Source of the DNA: an uncultured Gemmatimonadaceae bacterium
GTDB lineage: Bacteria > Gemmatimonadota > Gemmatimonadetes > Gemmatimonadales > Gemmatimonadaceae
Direction: 5' to 3'
Length of the DNA: 64,000 nt
Assembly (NCBI GenBank): GCA_963781585.1
Contig: CAWAGQ010000006.1
Location: 32,001 to 96,000, forward strand
How positions within the stretch are numbered: position 1 is the stretch's first letter; the number at the start of each line of letters is the position of its first letter. The notes beneath the pieces were generated by a model that was given only the letters and a program-made list of their open reading frames with translations, ran no database searches and was not told the DNA's origin. Positions 27,198 through 37,293 of the stretch are shown in pieces. Position numbers and translations under genes: made by a program.

Positions 27198-30100
27198 ATG
27201 CTCAAGCGCATCATCGAATGGTCGGTCGCCAACAAGCTGCTCGTGGTGCTGTTCACGCTCGCGGCGGCGCTGGGCGGCATCTGGGCAGTACGTCGCACGC
27301 CGCTCGAAGCACTCCCCGACCTCTCCGACGTGCAGGTCATCGTGCAGACCGATTACAACGAGCAGGCGCCGCAGATCGTGGAGGACCAGGTCACCTACCC
27401 GATCACCGCCGAGATGCTGAAGGTGCCCGGCGCGCGCGTGGTCCGCGGCTACTCGTTCTTCGGCGTGTCGTTCGTGTACGTGATCTTCCAGGATGGCACC
27501 GACCTGTACTGGGCGCGATCACGGGTTCTCGAGTACCTCAATGGAATCGCGGCCAGGCTGCCCGCAAGCGTATCACCGCGCCTGGGACCGGACGCCACCG
27601 GACTGGGATGGGTCTTCCAGTACGCGCTCGAAGACACGAGCGGACGTCTCGATCTCGCGCAGTTGCGCAGCTTGCAGGACTGGTACCTGCGCTACGCGCT
27701 GACGGCGGTGCCCGGGGTGTCTGAAGTGGCGTCCGTGGGGGGATTCGAGAAGCAGTACCAGGTGGACGTGGATCCCGAAAAGCTGCTGGCCTACGGGATC
27801 CCGGTCACGCGTGTGATGGAGGCCATCCGTAACGCGAACGCTGATGTCGGCGCGATGGTGCTCGAGCTCGCCGACCGCGAGTACATGGTGCGTGGGCTGG
27901 GGTACCTCGAGTCGATCGGCGACATCGAGAACGTGGTGGTGGGGGCCACGGCGTCGGGGACGCCGATCCGCGTGGCCGAGCTCGGGCGGGTGTCGGTCGG
28001 TCCGGCGGTGCGGCGGGGCGTGGCCGACCTCGATGGCCGGGGTGACGCAGTGGGAGGGATCGTGGTGATGCGGTTTGGCGAGAACGCGCTTGCCACCATC
28101 GAGCGGGTGAAGGCGAAGCTGGTCGAGGTGGAGAGAGGCCTGCCGCCGGGGGTGGTGATCCGGCCGGTCTACGATCGCTCCGATCTCATTCACCGTGCCA
28201 TCGAGACGCTGCGCGGGAAGTTGTTCGAGGAGAGCCTGATCGTGGCGCTGGTCTGTCTGGTCTTCCTCTTCCACGCGCGGTCCGCGCTGGTCGCCATTCT
28301 CACGCTCCCGTTAGGCGTGCTGATCGCCTTCATCGCGATGCGCTGGGTGGGGGTGGGCGCGGACATCATGTCGCTGGGCGGTATCGCCATCGCGATCGGC
28401 GCCATGATCGACGCCGCGATCGTGATGATCGAGAACATGCACAAGCACATCGAGCGGGCGCAGGGCAGCACCCCGATGGTCCGGGCGGTCCGACCCCGCC
28501 GGCTTTCTCTCGCGCGAATCCTCGGACGCCCCACTGTCGACTCCGATTCGGGCGACGCGGATGTGCGGTGCACGATCCCCGCATCGCGGCGCTGGCAGAT
28601 CGTCGTCGATTCGTCGAAGGAAGTGGGTCCGGCGCTCTTCTTCTCGCTGCTCATCATCACGGTGTCGTTCCTGCCGGTGTTCACGCTGGAAGGGCAGGAG
28701 GGACGCTTGTTCCGGCCGCTCGCGTTCACCAAGACATTTGCGATGGCCGGCGCCAGTCTGCTGTCGGTGACCATCGTGCCGGTGATGATGGGCCTCTTCA
28801 TCCGCGGACGGATCTACCGGGAGCGGGCCAATCCGGTGAACCGGGCGCTCATCAGGGTCTACCGTCCGGTCATCGAATTCGTGCTTCGCCATCGGCTCGG
28901 CGTGATCGTGGCGAGCGGAATGGTGCTGATCCTCACCTGGATCCCTTGGAGCCGCATCGGCAGCGAGTTCATGCCACCTCTGGAGGAAGGCAGCATCCTC
29001 TACATGCCCACCACGCTTCCGGGCGTGAGCGTCGCCCGCGCGCGCGCGATCCTGCAGACCCAGGACTCGATTCTCAAGTCCTTCCCCGAGGTGGAGCACG
29101 TGTGGGGGAAGAGCGGGCGCGCGAACACCGCAACCGATCCGGCCGGACTCGACATGATCGAGACGACCATCACCCTCAAGCCACGGACGGAGTGGCGGCA
29201 GGGACTGACCTTCGACCGTCTCGTCGCGGCGATGGATTCGGCCGTACGGCTTCCGGGCGTCTCCAACTCGTGGACGATGCCGATCAAGGGGCGCATCGAC
29301 ATGCTCGCCACGGGCATCCGCACCGCCGTCGGCATCAAGATCTTCGGACCGGACCTGGGCACCCTGGAGCGCCTGGGAAAGGAAGTCGAGGATGCGGTCC
29401 GCATGGTTCCCGGAACGCGAACCGCATTCGCCGAACGCGCCGAGTCGGGATCGTACCTCGACATCGCGATCGACCGGGCGGCGGCGGCCCGCTACGGGCT
29501 GAACGTGGGTGACGTGCAGGCCGTGATCGCCTCGGCCATCGGCGGCATGACGATCACGCAGACCGTGGAGGGTCGCGAACGGTACGCGGTCCGCGTGCGC
29601 TATCCGCAGGAGTTGCGTGACAGTCCCGAACGCCTGGCAAGCGTGCTGGTACAGGTCCGGACCGGGGCGCCGCCGAAGGCTGGTGCGCAACAGGCGGACA
29701 TGAATGCTGACGGGATGGGCGGGATGTCGGCGCCGGCGTCCGGCGCGGCAGCGCAGATCCCGTTAGGCCAGGTGGCGACGATCCGCGAGGTACCTGGCCC
29801 CATGGTCGTGCGCACCGAGGGCGCGGTGCCCACGGCCTGGGTGTACGTGGACATCGCTGGCCGCGACATCGGGAGCTACGTGCGCGAGGCGAGGCAGCAC
29901 GTGCAGGACATGGTGGTGCTGCCGCAGGGATACACCCTCACCTGGAGCGGCCAGTACGAATACATGCAGCGAGCCCGCGAACGCATGAAGCTGGTCGTGC
30001 CCGCCACGCTGGCGATCGTGTTCCTGCTCCTGTATTTCAATTTCCGGAGCGTGGCAGAGACGGCCATTGTCATGCTGTCGCTCCCGTTCGCCCTCGTCGG

Positions 30101-30620
30101 CGGCATCTGGTTTCTCTGGGCACTCCACTACAACTGGTCGGTGGCGGTGGCGATCGGGTTCATCGCGCTGGCCGGCGTCGCGGCCGAGACGGGCGTCGTG
30201 ATGCTGATCTTTCTCGATCTGGCGTGGCGGGCCAGGACGTGGCGAGCCGGCCGTCCCACGCTGAGGGAGCTGTACGACGCGGTGATCGAGGGAGCCGTGG
30301 AGCGCGTGCGCCCGCGCATGATGACGACGGCCGCGATCATGGCCGGCCTGCTCCCCATTCTCTGGGGAACGGGCGCCGGCGCGAGCGTCATGAAGCGCAT
30401 TGCCGCGCCGATGGTGGGCGGCATGATCAGCAGTACGATCCTGACGCTGGTCGTGATCCCGGCCATCTACGCATTCTGGAAGGAGCGCGAGGTGCGAGCG
30501 GCGCAACGACGTGCCGCAGCGCGCGCGCCGGCGGTGGGCGCGGCGCTCGCCTTCGCTGTTGCTTCGAACATTCCGTCGCCCTCGCGGTCGCCGGGTCGCG
30601 AAGACAAGGAGGAACCATGA
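27198..30620 (+). CDS. cusA: CusA/CzcA heavy-metal RND permease (Cu/Ag type)
   Basis: ALPDLSDVQVI, GPDATGLGW, GSEFMPPL, DMIET, RIDMLATG, AAETGVVM. Confidence 0.95.
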   Translation: MLKRIIEWSVANKLLVVLFTLAAALGGIWAVRRTPLEALPDLSDVQVIVQTDYNEQAPQIVEDQVTYPITAEMLKVPGARVVRGYSFFGVSFVYVIFQDGTDLYWARSRVLEYLNGIAARLPASVSPRLGPDATGLGWVFQYALEDTSGRLDLAQLRSLQDWYLRYALTAVPGVSEVASVGGFEKQYQVDVDPEKLLAYGIPVTRVMEAIRNANADVGAMVLELADREYMVRGLGYLESIGDIENVVVGATASGTPIRVAELGRVSVGPAVRRGVADLDGRGDAVGGIVVMRFGENALATIERVKAKLVEVERGLPPGVVIRPVYDRSDLIHRAIETLRGKLFEESLIVALVCLVFLFHARSALVAILTLPLGVLIAFIAMRWVGVGADIMSLGGIAIAIGAMIDAAIVMIENMHKHIERAQGSTPMVRAVRPRRLSLARILGRPTVDSDSGDADVRCTIPASRRWQIVVDSSKEVGPALFFSLLIITVSFLPVFTLEGQEGRLFRPLAFTKTFAMAGASLLSVTIVPVMMGLFIRGRIYRERANPVNRALIRVYRPVIEFVLRHRLGVIVASGMVLILTWIPWSRIGSEFMPPLEEGSILYMPTTLPGVSVARARAILQTQDSILKSFPEVEHVWGKSGRANTATDPAGLDMIETTITLKPRTEWRQGLTFDRLVAAMDSAVRLPGVSNSWTMPIKGRIDMLATGIRTAVGIKIFGPDLGTLERLGKEVEDAVRMVPGTRTAFAERAESGSYLDIAIDRAAAARYGLNVGDVQAVIASAIGGMTITQTVEGRERYAVRVRYPQELRDSPERLASVLVQVRTGAPPKAGAQQADMNADGMGGMSAPASGAAAQIPLGQVATIREVPGPMVVRTEGAVPTAWVYVDIAGRDIGSYVREARQHVQDMVVLPQGYTLTWSGQYEYMQRARERMKLVVPATLAIVFLLLYFNFRSVAETAIVMLSLPFALVGGIWFLWALHYNWSVAVAIGFIALAGVAAETGVVMLIFLDLAWRARTWRAGRPTLRELYDAVIEGAVERVRPRMMTTAAIMAGLLPILWGTGAGASVMKRIAAPMVGGMISSTILTLVVIPAIYAFWKEREVRAAQRRAAARAPAVGAALAFAVASNIPSPSRSPGREDKEEP

Positions 30621-30695
30621 GGCGCGGGAATTCGAAGATCACGCGCGTGCTCGCGTTACCCGCTGGCTCCGGTCACAGACGGGCACGGAGCCGCG

Positions 30696-31190
30696 TCACG
30701 CGCCGTCTGAATCGGTCGCTCGCACGGATTCCTTGGCGCCGCCTCGCTCTCCGTTCAACTCCAGGCTCCACTCGATCGGAATCGCCGGATCGAGCGAGTC
30801 GCGCACCGAGCAGTACTTGTTCAGCGCCAGATCGATCGCGCGCTCGGCGTGCTCTCGCTCGATCCCCTCGCCGGTGACCTGGAAGTCGAGGCGAACCCCG
30901 GTCACCCGCGCCGGGATGGCGCCGGCCCGGTCCGCATGGACATCGATGTCGAGCGACGCCGCGGGCGTCCGGCGCTTTTCGAGAATGGAAACCACGTCGA
31001 TCGCCGAACAGGTCGCCAGCGCGCATAGCAGCGTCTCAACGGGACCGGGACCCGACTTCCCAGACCCGTCGATGCGAATCCATGGACGCTCCGGGTGCCC
31101 CGCCTCGAACACCTCGTCACCGATCCAGCGCGCATGTACGTGATTGACGCGCTTCTTCCCGGTGGCGATGTACTCTCGTGTGACGCTCAT
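30696..31190 (-). CDS. OsmC/YhfA family protein
   Basis: GPVETLLCALATCSAIDV...KYCSV. Confidence 0.9.
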   Translation of the reverse strand: MSVTREYIATGKKRVNHVHARWIGDEVFEAGHPERPWIRIDGSGKSGPGPVETLLCALATCSAIDVVSILEKRRTPAASLDIDVHADRAGAIPARVTGVRLDFQVTGEGIEREHAERAIDLALNKYCSVRDSLDPAIPIEWSLELNGERGGAKESVRATDSDGA

Positions 31191-31222
31191 ATTCGATTAG
31201 GGTGCGGTATCCGGAAGTCTGA

Positions 31223-31340
31223 TCAGCGATCAGCAGTAAGCTACGCTGTCAGCGATCGGCGGCGGGATCTCAGCTGACTGCCGACCGCTGACCGCTGACC
31301 ATCGACCGCTGACCACCGACCGCTGACCACCGACCGCTGG
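31223..31340. repeat. Heptamer tandem arrays in opposite orientations
   Basis: Ten units CC(G/A)C(T/C)GA-like at 31271-31340; complementary TCAGCGA/TCGGCGG units at 31223-31262. Confidence 0.85.
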
Positions 31341-31347
31341 CCTGGCC

Positions 31348-32253
31348 CTACGGCTTCTCCCCCTTCCGAATGGGTGAACGTACCGCATTCCCCCACTCGG
31401 TCCAGCTTCCATCGTAGTTCCGCACGTGCTCGTAGCCGAGGAGATACGTCAGCACAAACCAGGTATGCGATGACCGCTCACCGATACGGCAGTACGCGAC
31501 GACGTCATCGTCAGGTCGCAGCCCCTGCTCCTTTTCGTAGATCGCACGCAGCTCGTCGGCGGTCTTGAACGTCCCGTCCTGATTCACCGCTCGCCCCCAC
31601 GGAATGCTCTTCGCGCCGGGGATGTGTCCGCCGCGCAGCGTTCCCTCCTGCGGATAGTCGGGCATGTGCGTCCGCTCGCCCGTGTACTCCTGGGGTGACC
31701 GCACGTCCACCAGCGGCCCCCGCCTTGCATCCACGTGCTCGCGTACTTGCGCGAAGAACGCCCGGATGGGCGCGTCGGACCGCTCCGGCGCCACATATCG
31801 TGTCGCGGCGAATGTGGGAACCTCCGTCGACATCGGCCGATGCTCCAGCTCCCACTTGGTGCGCCCGCCGTCGAGCACCTTGGCGTTGATGAACCCGAAC
31901 AACTGGAAGACCCAGAAGGCGTAACAGGCCCACCAGTTGTTCTTGTCCCCGTAGAACACAACCAGCGTGCTGTCGTCGATCCCTTTGCGTCGCAGCAGGT
32001 CCTGGAAGGTCGCCCTGTCCACGTAGTCGCGGATCACCGGATCATTCAGGTCCTGGTGCCAGTCGACCTTCTGGGCGTTGGGGATATGTCCCATGTCGTA
32101 GAGCAGCACATCCTCGTCGCTCTCGATCACGCGCAGGTTGGGGTCATTCAGATGCGTTGCCAGCCAGTCGGTGGTAACGAGGTATTCAGGGTGGACGTAG
32201 CCCTTGTCAACGACGGCGGCAGTGGTCGTTGGGGTCGTGGGTGTGACAGTCAT
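31348..32253 (-). CDS. Tandem rhodanese sulfurtransferase (SseA/CysA-like)
   Basis: GHIPNA, LDGG, GHIPGA, active site [16 protein letters not shown]. Confidence 0.95.
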   Translation of the reverse strand: MTVTPTTPTTTAAVVDKGYVHPEYLVTTDWLATHLNDPNLRVIESDEDVLLYDMGHIPNAQKVDWHQDLNDPVIRDYVDRATFQDLLRRKGIDDSTLVVFYGDKNNWWACYAFWVFQLFGFINAKVLDGGRTKWELEHRPMSTEVPTFAATRYVAPERSDAPIRAFFAQVREHVDARRGPLVDVRSPQEYTGERTHMPDYPQEGTLRGGHIPGAKSIPWGRAVNQDGTFKTADELRAIYEKEQGLRPDDDVVAYCRIGERSSHTWFVLTYLLGYEHVRNYDGSWTEWGNAVRSPIRKGEKP

Positions 32254-32639
32254 CTGGCCTCCTTAAGCGTCCGAATATCCGATAACATTAATCGGGAATT
32301 GCCGGCCTTGGGAGAGAAGAGCAAACGGGACCGTGGTGCCGACGCGGAGTGGTGGTGCCGGCGGCACTGGTGATGGCGGCGAGGCGACGGCCGTCCTCCC
32401 GTTGTCCTGCTCAAAGGCGCGAGCGCGGGCGCTGCGCGCCGGGTAACTGGACCTGGCGGTCTGGTCCTGATCGCACTGGAAATCGTGCTGGCGATCGTGC
32501 GATGATGCGATGATATGGCCGGTGGTCGAAACGCCAGGCGCGAGCCGACCTCCAGCCCGTCAGTCCCAGCTTCGGTCTGATCCCCTCTGACCTCCGACCT
32601 CTGCCACTCGATCCCGCGCCGAACGACCCGCGTCCCTTC

Positions 32640-32990
32640 ATGGAGCCCTACGCGCACCACGTGCTGGTGTGCACGGGGCAATTCTGCTCGCCCAACCGGG
32701 AGGGGCGCGCCCTGTATGCGCACCTCGCGGCGCTGCTCGAGCGCGAAGATCTCCTCTTCGGCCCCCGTCGGGTCAAACGCGGCGAGACCCCGTGTCTTGG
32801 CGTCTGCGCCGGAGGCCCGATCGTGGTCGTCTACCCCGAAGGCGTCTGGTACGCCGCCGTCACGCCGTCGCTGCTGGAGCGGATCGTGATAGAGCATCTG
32901 AAGGGTGGGCGGGTGGTCGAAGACGCCGTGTTCCATCGACTTCACCAGCGCCCGTCGTCACATCCTCCACCGTCAGGCCGCTCGCGATAG
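32640..32990 (+). CDS. Thioredoxin-like [2Fe-2S] ferredoxin
   Basis: [10 protein letters not shown]...[20 protein letters not shown]. Confidence 0.92.
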   Translation: MEPYAHHVLVCTGQFCSPNREGRALYAHLAALLEREDLLFGPRRVKRGETPCLGVCAGGPIVVVYPEGVWYAAVTPSLLERIVIEHLKGGRVVEDAVFHRLHQRPSSHPPPSGRSR

Positions 32991-33010
32991 CTGTTAAGTT
33001 TGGGGCGGCC

Positions 33011-33733
33011 ATGCAACTCACGCTGCGCGAGGCGGCAAAATACCTGGACGTGAGCGAGAACTCGCTCCGCCGCTGGATCACGGAACGGGATCTTCCCGTT
33101 CACACGATGAATGAGCGGCTGTACCTGAATGCGGTGGAGCTGTGGGAATGGGCTGTGGAGCACGGCGTCCACGTGTCTCGCCGCCTCATGGAGCATGCAC
33201 GGCGCGCTCCCGATCCGGTGCCCCCCATCTCGGAATTGCTGCGGGCGGGTGGCGTGTTTCACGACGTGGAGGCCGCTGACAAGCCGGCGCTCCTCCGGGA
33301 GATCGTCGCCCGTCTGGCCCTTCCCCCGGAGCAGAACCGCGACGCCCTGCTGAGTGTCCTCGAAGCACGCGAAGCGATGGGTTCCACCGGCATCGGCGAC
33401 GGGATCGCGATTCCGCACGTGCGGAATCCGATCGTTCTTCACGTAGAGCGGCCGTTCGTCGCGCTTTGTCTGCTGCGTCACGCGGTGGAGTTCGACGCGA
33501 TCGACGGCAAGCCGGTACACGCGCTCTTCATCGTGGTCAGTCCCACCGTTCCCATGCACTTGCGCATCCTTGGTCAGCTCGGCTTCCTGCTGCGCGACCA
33601 GATACTGCGGCGCATGCTCCGCGATCGCATGACGGCGGACGATATACTCGGCCGCATCGAGATGCTCGAGTCCACGCACACCACGGGGTCATTCTCGCTG
33701 GGTGCGTCCCCCGCCGATCGGACCGGCGGGTAG
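33011..33733 (+). CDS. HTH (excisionase-like) + PTS EIIA domain protein
   Basis: LTLREAAKYLDVSENSLRRWI; RE..GSTGIGDGIAIPH. Confidence 0.9.
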   Translation: MQLTLREAAKYLDVSENSLRRWITERDLPVHTMNERLYLNAVELWEWAVEHGVHVSRRLMEHARRAPDPVPPISELLRAGGVFHDVEAADKPALLREIVARLALPPEQNRDALLSVLEAREAMGSTGIGDGIAIPHVRNPIVLHVERPFVALCLLRHAVEFDAIDGKPVHALFIVVSPTVPMHLRILGQLGFLLRDQILRRMLRDRMTADDILGRIEMLESTHTTGSFSLGASPADRTGG

Positions 33734-35703
33734 TGGCGCTGTTCTTCGCTGGGCTCGGCCTGATCATCGCCGGCGCCATCGTCGCGACAATCCTCCGTGA
33801 ATGGGATGGAGCAGACACGCTCCTACAGGTCCTGGTCGTCACCGGGTGCGTTCTGTCGGGCGTCACAGCCGTGTCGGTGCTGGTGCAGGGCACACATCCC
33901 CAGTACGTGCTGCAGGCGTCGGTGCCCGGCGGTGACTGGGTGTTCGGCATCGATGCGCTTTCGGCGGTGTTCCTCCTGGTCATCCTGGGCGTAGGCGCAA
34001 CCACGCTGCGTTTCGGCGTCGTGTATCTCGCGGCGTACCGCGGGCGGCGGCCGATCTGGTTCTCGCACGCCGCGTACGCCGTTCTCCTTGTCGCTCTCGC
34101 TCTGGTCGTGGTCGCGCGCTCGGTGGTGCCGTTCCTGTCGGCCTGGGAGATCATGGCGGTCGGTTCCTACTTCCTCATCGTCTTCGAGGATGACAAAGCC
34201 GAAGTGCGGCGTGCGGGTCTGGTGTACCTCGTCGCCACGCATTTCGGGACGCTGGCGCTCTTCGCCATGTTCGCGACCTGGGCGTTGGGAGCGCACGCCG
34301 CGGACTGGTCGTTCGCGTCGCTCGCTGTGGTGGCGCCTCGGCTGGCGGGCGGCGGTTTCGTGCTCACGCTGGCCGTGATCGGGTTCGGCGTGAAGGCTGG
34401 ACTCGTCCCGCTGCACTTCTGGCTGCCCCCGGCCCATGCCGCCTCGCCCACGCATGTGTCGGCGATTCTCTCCGGCGTTGTGATCAAGGCCGGCATCTAT
34501 GGTCTGCTGCGGGTGCTCACGATGCTTGGCGGCGGTCCCGCCTGGTGGGGATGGGGATTGCTGCTGGTGGGTGCGGCATCAGGCGTGCTGGGGGTCCTGT
34601 GGGCCCTGGCGCAGCACGACCTCAAACGCCTGCTCGCGTATCACAGCGTCGAGAACATCGGCATCATTCTGATGGGAACGGCGGTCGGTGCGTTAGGCAC
34701 GCACTACGGGCATCCGGTCGTGGCGACCATCGGCTACGCCGGCGCCGTGCTGCACACCATCAACCATGCGCTCTTCAAGAGCGTCCTCTTCCTGGCAGGG
34801 GGCTCGGTGTATCGGGCGACCGAGACCAGGGAACTGGAGCAGCTCGGCGGGCTCGCGCGGGCGCTGCCGTACACTACGGTCGCCTTTGTCATCGGCGCCG
34901 TGGCCATCATCGGATTGCCGCCCCTCAACGGTTTCGTGAGCGAATGGCTCGTGTACCAGGCCTTGTTGCGCGCGTCCCAGTCGGCCGACGTGCTTCGTCT
35001 CGCCGTCCTCGGCGTGCCCGCCCTGGCGTTGATCGGCGCGCTGGCCCTCGCGTGCTTCGCCAAGGTCATCGGGGTGGTCTTCCTGGGGAGACCGCGAAGC
35101 GCACGCGCGCGAGGCGTGACCGAGATGCCGCTCCGCCCGCTCCTGGCGCCCATGTACGTTCTTGCCGGCCTCTGCGTTCTGCTGGGTGTCGCGGTGCCTC
35201 TGGGGGTGGCCCCTTCCCTGCGCGCGGGAGCGATCGCGGCGCACGCGACAGCGGCCCATCTGGGTGACGCGCGGGCGCTGCTCGTGGACGCGCGCGTGAT
35301 CGGCACGCTGGCTGCCGCCATGCTCGCACTCATTCTAGTGGTCTGGGTCGGCCGTTGGCTGCTGCAGGCGCGCGCGCCCCGGAGGACCGGCGCGACGTGG
35401 AGCTGCGGATATACCGGAGTCACCTCGCGCATGCAGTACACCGCGTCGTCGTTCGCGGCGCCGCTTCTCACCGCCTTCGGACGCCTGAGCGGAGTACAGA
35501 CCCGGCGATCGCCAACCTCGTTCGCGACGCATCCGTACGATCTCGTGCTCGATCGCCTGGCCGCGCCGGTCTGGGCACGCGTCCGTCGAGCCGCCCTGCG
35601 CCTGCGCCCTCTGCAGCAGGGCCGGCTCTACGCGTACCTCATCTACGTCATGGCGGCTCTGCTCACGCTCCTCGGTTACCTCGCCCTCGCATCGCGCCCA
35701 TGA
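33733..35703 (+). CDS. hyfB: HyfB-like antiporter subunit of an Ehr complex
   Basis: WEIM, KAGLVPLHFWLP.AH, LKRLLAYHSVENIG, NHALFK, WSCGY, MQYTASSF; GTG overlaps the upstream TAG. Confidence 0.85.
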   Translation: MALFFAGLGLIIAGAIVATILREWDGADTLLQVLVVTGCVLSGVTAVSVLVQGTHPQYVLQASVPGGDWVFGIDALSAVFLLVILGVGATTLRFGVVYLAAYRGRRPIWFSHAAYAVLLVALALVVVARSVVPFLSAWEIMAVGSYFLIVFEDDKAEVRRAGLVYLVATHFGTLALFAMFATWALGAHAADWSFASLAVVAPRLAGGGFVLTLAVIGFGVKAGLVPLHFWLPPAHAASPTHVSAILSGVVIKAGIYGLLRVLTMLGGGPAWWGWGLLLVGAASGVLGVLWALAQHDLKRLLAYHSVENIGIILMGTAVGALGTHYGHPVVATIGYAGAVLHTINHALFKSVLFLAGGSVYRATETRELEQLGGLARALPYTTVAFVIGAVAIIGLPPLNGFVSEWLVYQALLRASQSADVLRLAVLGVPALALIGALALACFAKVIGVVFLGRPRSARARGVTEMPLRPLLAPMYVLAGLCVLLGVAVPLGVAPSLRAGAIAAHATAAHLGDARALLVDARVIGTLAAAMLALILVVWVGRWLLQARAPRRTGATWSCGYTGVTSRMQYTASSFAAPLLTAFGRLSGVQTRRSPTSFATHPYDLVLDRLAAPVWARVRRAALRLRPLQQGRLYAYLIYVMAALLTLLGYLALASRP

Positions 35704-36638
35704 CGGCGGACCTGGCAACGCGACCGGCGTTCCTGTCGGCGCTCGTGGCATGGGTCCTCCTGCTGCTGGCGGCTCCGCTCATTCCGGGAGTGGCGACCAG
35801 GACAAAGGCTCTGCTCACCGGCCGACGTGGCGCTCCCGTGTGGCAGCTCTACGCGGATCTGTGGAAGCTCCTGCGGCGCGGCACGGTCTACAGCGTCACG
35901 ACCACAGCGATCTTCCGACTCGTTCCGGTAGTGCTCCTGGTGACCACGACACTCGCCGCCGCGCTCGTGCCGCTCGATGGCCGGCGGTCGCTCATCGGTT
36001 TCTCGGGAGACGCGGTCGCCTTTGTGTACCTGCTGGCCCTGGGGCGCCTGCTCCTGGTGCTGGGGGCGTTCGACACGGGCTCGAGCTTCGCGGGCATGGG
36101 TGCCAGTCGGGAAGTGACGCTGGCGAGTCTGGTCGAGCCGGGACTCTTCATTTCGCTGGCGACCCTGGTCGTGGCGACGCATCGCCTGACGTTGACCGGG
36201 ATGCTCGGCGCTGAGCTCTGGAGCCAACCCCGGCTCGTTGCGCCAACCGTCCTGCTGCTCGCCGGCAGCATCTTCGTGCTGATGCTCGCGGAATGCGCTC
36301 GCGTGCCCGTGGACGACCCCGCGACCCACCTCGAGCTGACGATGATCCATGAAGTCATGGTGCTCGATCACAGCGGCCCCGATCTGGCGCTGATTCTGTA
36401 CTCCGGCGCGCTCAAGCTCGGCCTGTTCGCTGCGTTGCTGGTGGGCCTCGTCCTGCGGAGGACGACCGTCCCGGCGTGGCTCGCATCGCTCGAACTTCTG
36501 CTCGGACTTCTGGTGGCCGGTACCGCTATTGGCGTCGTGGAAGGATCCACGGCGCGTCTCCGCCTGCCGAAGGTCCCCTTGTACATCGCCGGAGGCGCGG
36601 CACTGGCGTGTTTCGGACTGATTCTGGTGCTCCAGTAG
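35700..36638 (+). CDS. hyfC: HyfC/NuoH-like membrane subunit
   Basis: GRRGAP, GMGASRE, RVPVDDPATHLELTMIHE. Confidence 0.88.
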   Translation: MTADLATRPAFLSALVAWVLLLLAAPLIPGVATRTKALLTGRRGAPVWQLYADLWKLLRRGTVYSVTTTAIFRLVPVVLLVTTTLAAALVPLDGRRSLIGFSGDAVAFVYLLALGRLLLVLGAFDTGSSFAGMGASREVTLASLVEPGLFISLATLVVATHRLTLTGMLGAELWSQPRLVAPTVLLLAGSIFVLMLAECARVPVDDPATHLELTMIHEVMVLDHSGPDLALILYSGALKLGLFAALLVGLVLRRTTVPAWLASLELLLGLLVAGTAIGVVEGSTARLRLPKVPLYIAGGAALACFGLILVLQ

Positions 36639-36654
36639 CCATCGCGACACTCGT

Positions 36655-37293
36655 ATGGAATCGTTCACCCAACTGATTCTCTTCCTGCTGGTGCTTGCGG
36701 ACTTTGCGGCGCTTGGCATGTCGCGGCTCACCGCCTGCATCCGCGCGGTCGCGTTCCAGGGTCTGTTGCTGGGCGTGTTACCACTCGTGCTGCACACGTC
36801 GTATTCGCTGCACACCATCGCGCTCGGCGCCGGTACGGTGCTCATCAAGGCGGTCGTGCTGCCGGCCTCCCTGCGGTACGCCATCCGCGAGGCGGCCGTG
36901 CGCCGTGAGGTCGAACCGCTGATCGGCTACTCGGGTTCGGTGCTGCTCGGACTCGGCGCCCTCGCCGTGGCCTTCGTCGTCTCGGGGATGCTCCCGGTGC
37001 GCGTTGCGGAATCGCCGCTGCTCATTCCGGTCGCGCTGTTCACGCTGATGACGGGCCTGGTGATTCTCATTACCCGCATCAAGGCGCTGATGCAGGTCGT
37101 CGGCTACCTGATGCTGGAGAACGGCATCTACCTGTTCGGCCTCACGCAGGCGCAGCGCGTCCCGTTCCTGGTCGAGATCGGCGTTCTGCTCGACGTCTTC
37201 GTGGCCGTGTTCATCATGGGGATTGTGGTCTTTCACATCAACCGCGAGTTCGATTCCATCTCGGCGGCGCGGTTGACGGATCTTCGCGAGTGA
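36655..37293 (+). CDS. hyfE: HyfE-like membrane subunit
   Basis: QVVGYLMLENGI...EIGVLLDV. Confidence 0.88.
   Translation: MESFTQLILFLLVLADFAALGMSRLTACIRAVAFQGLLLGVLPLVLHTSYSLHTIALGAGTVLIKAVVLPASLRYAIREAAVRREVEPLIGYSGSVLLGLGALAVAFVVSGMLPVRVAESPLLIPVALFTLMTGLVILITRIKALMQVVGYLMLENGIYLFGLTQAQRVPFLVEIGVLLDVFVAVFIMGIVVFHINREFDSISAARLTDLRE

Noticed and set aside
31223..31340. CRISPR array
   Set aside because: 7-bp tandem units with no unique spacers and no cas genes
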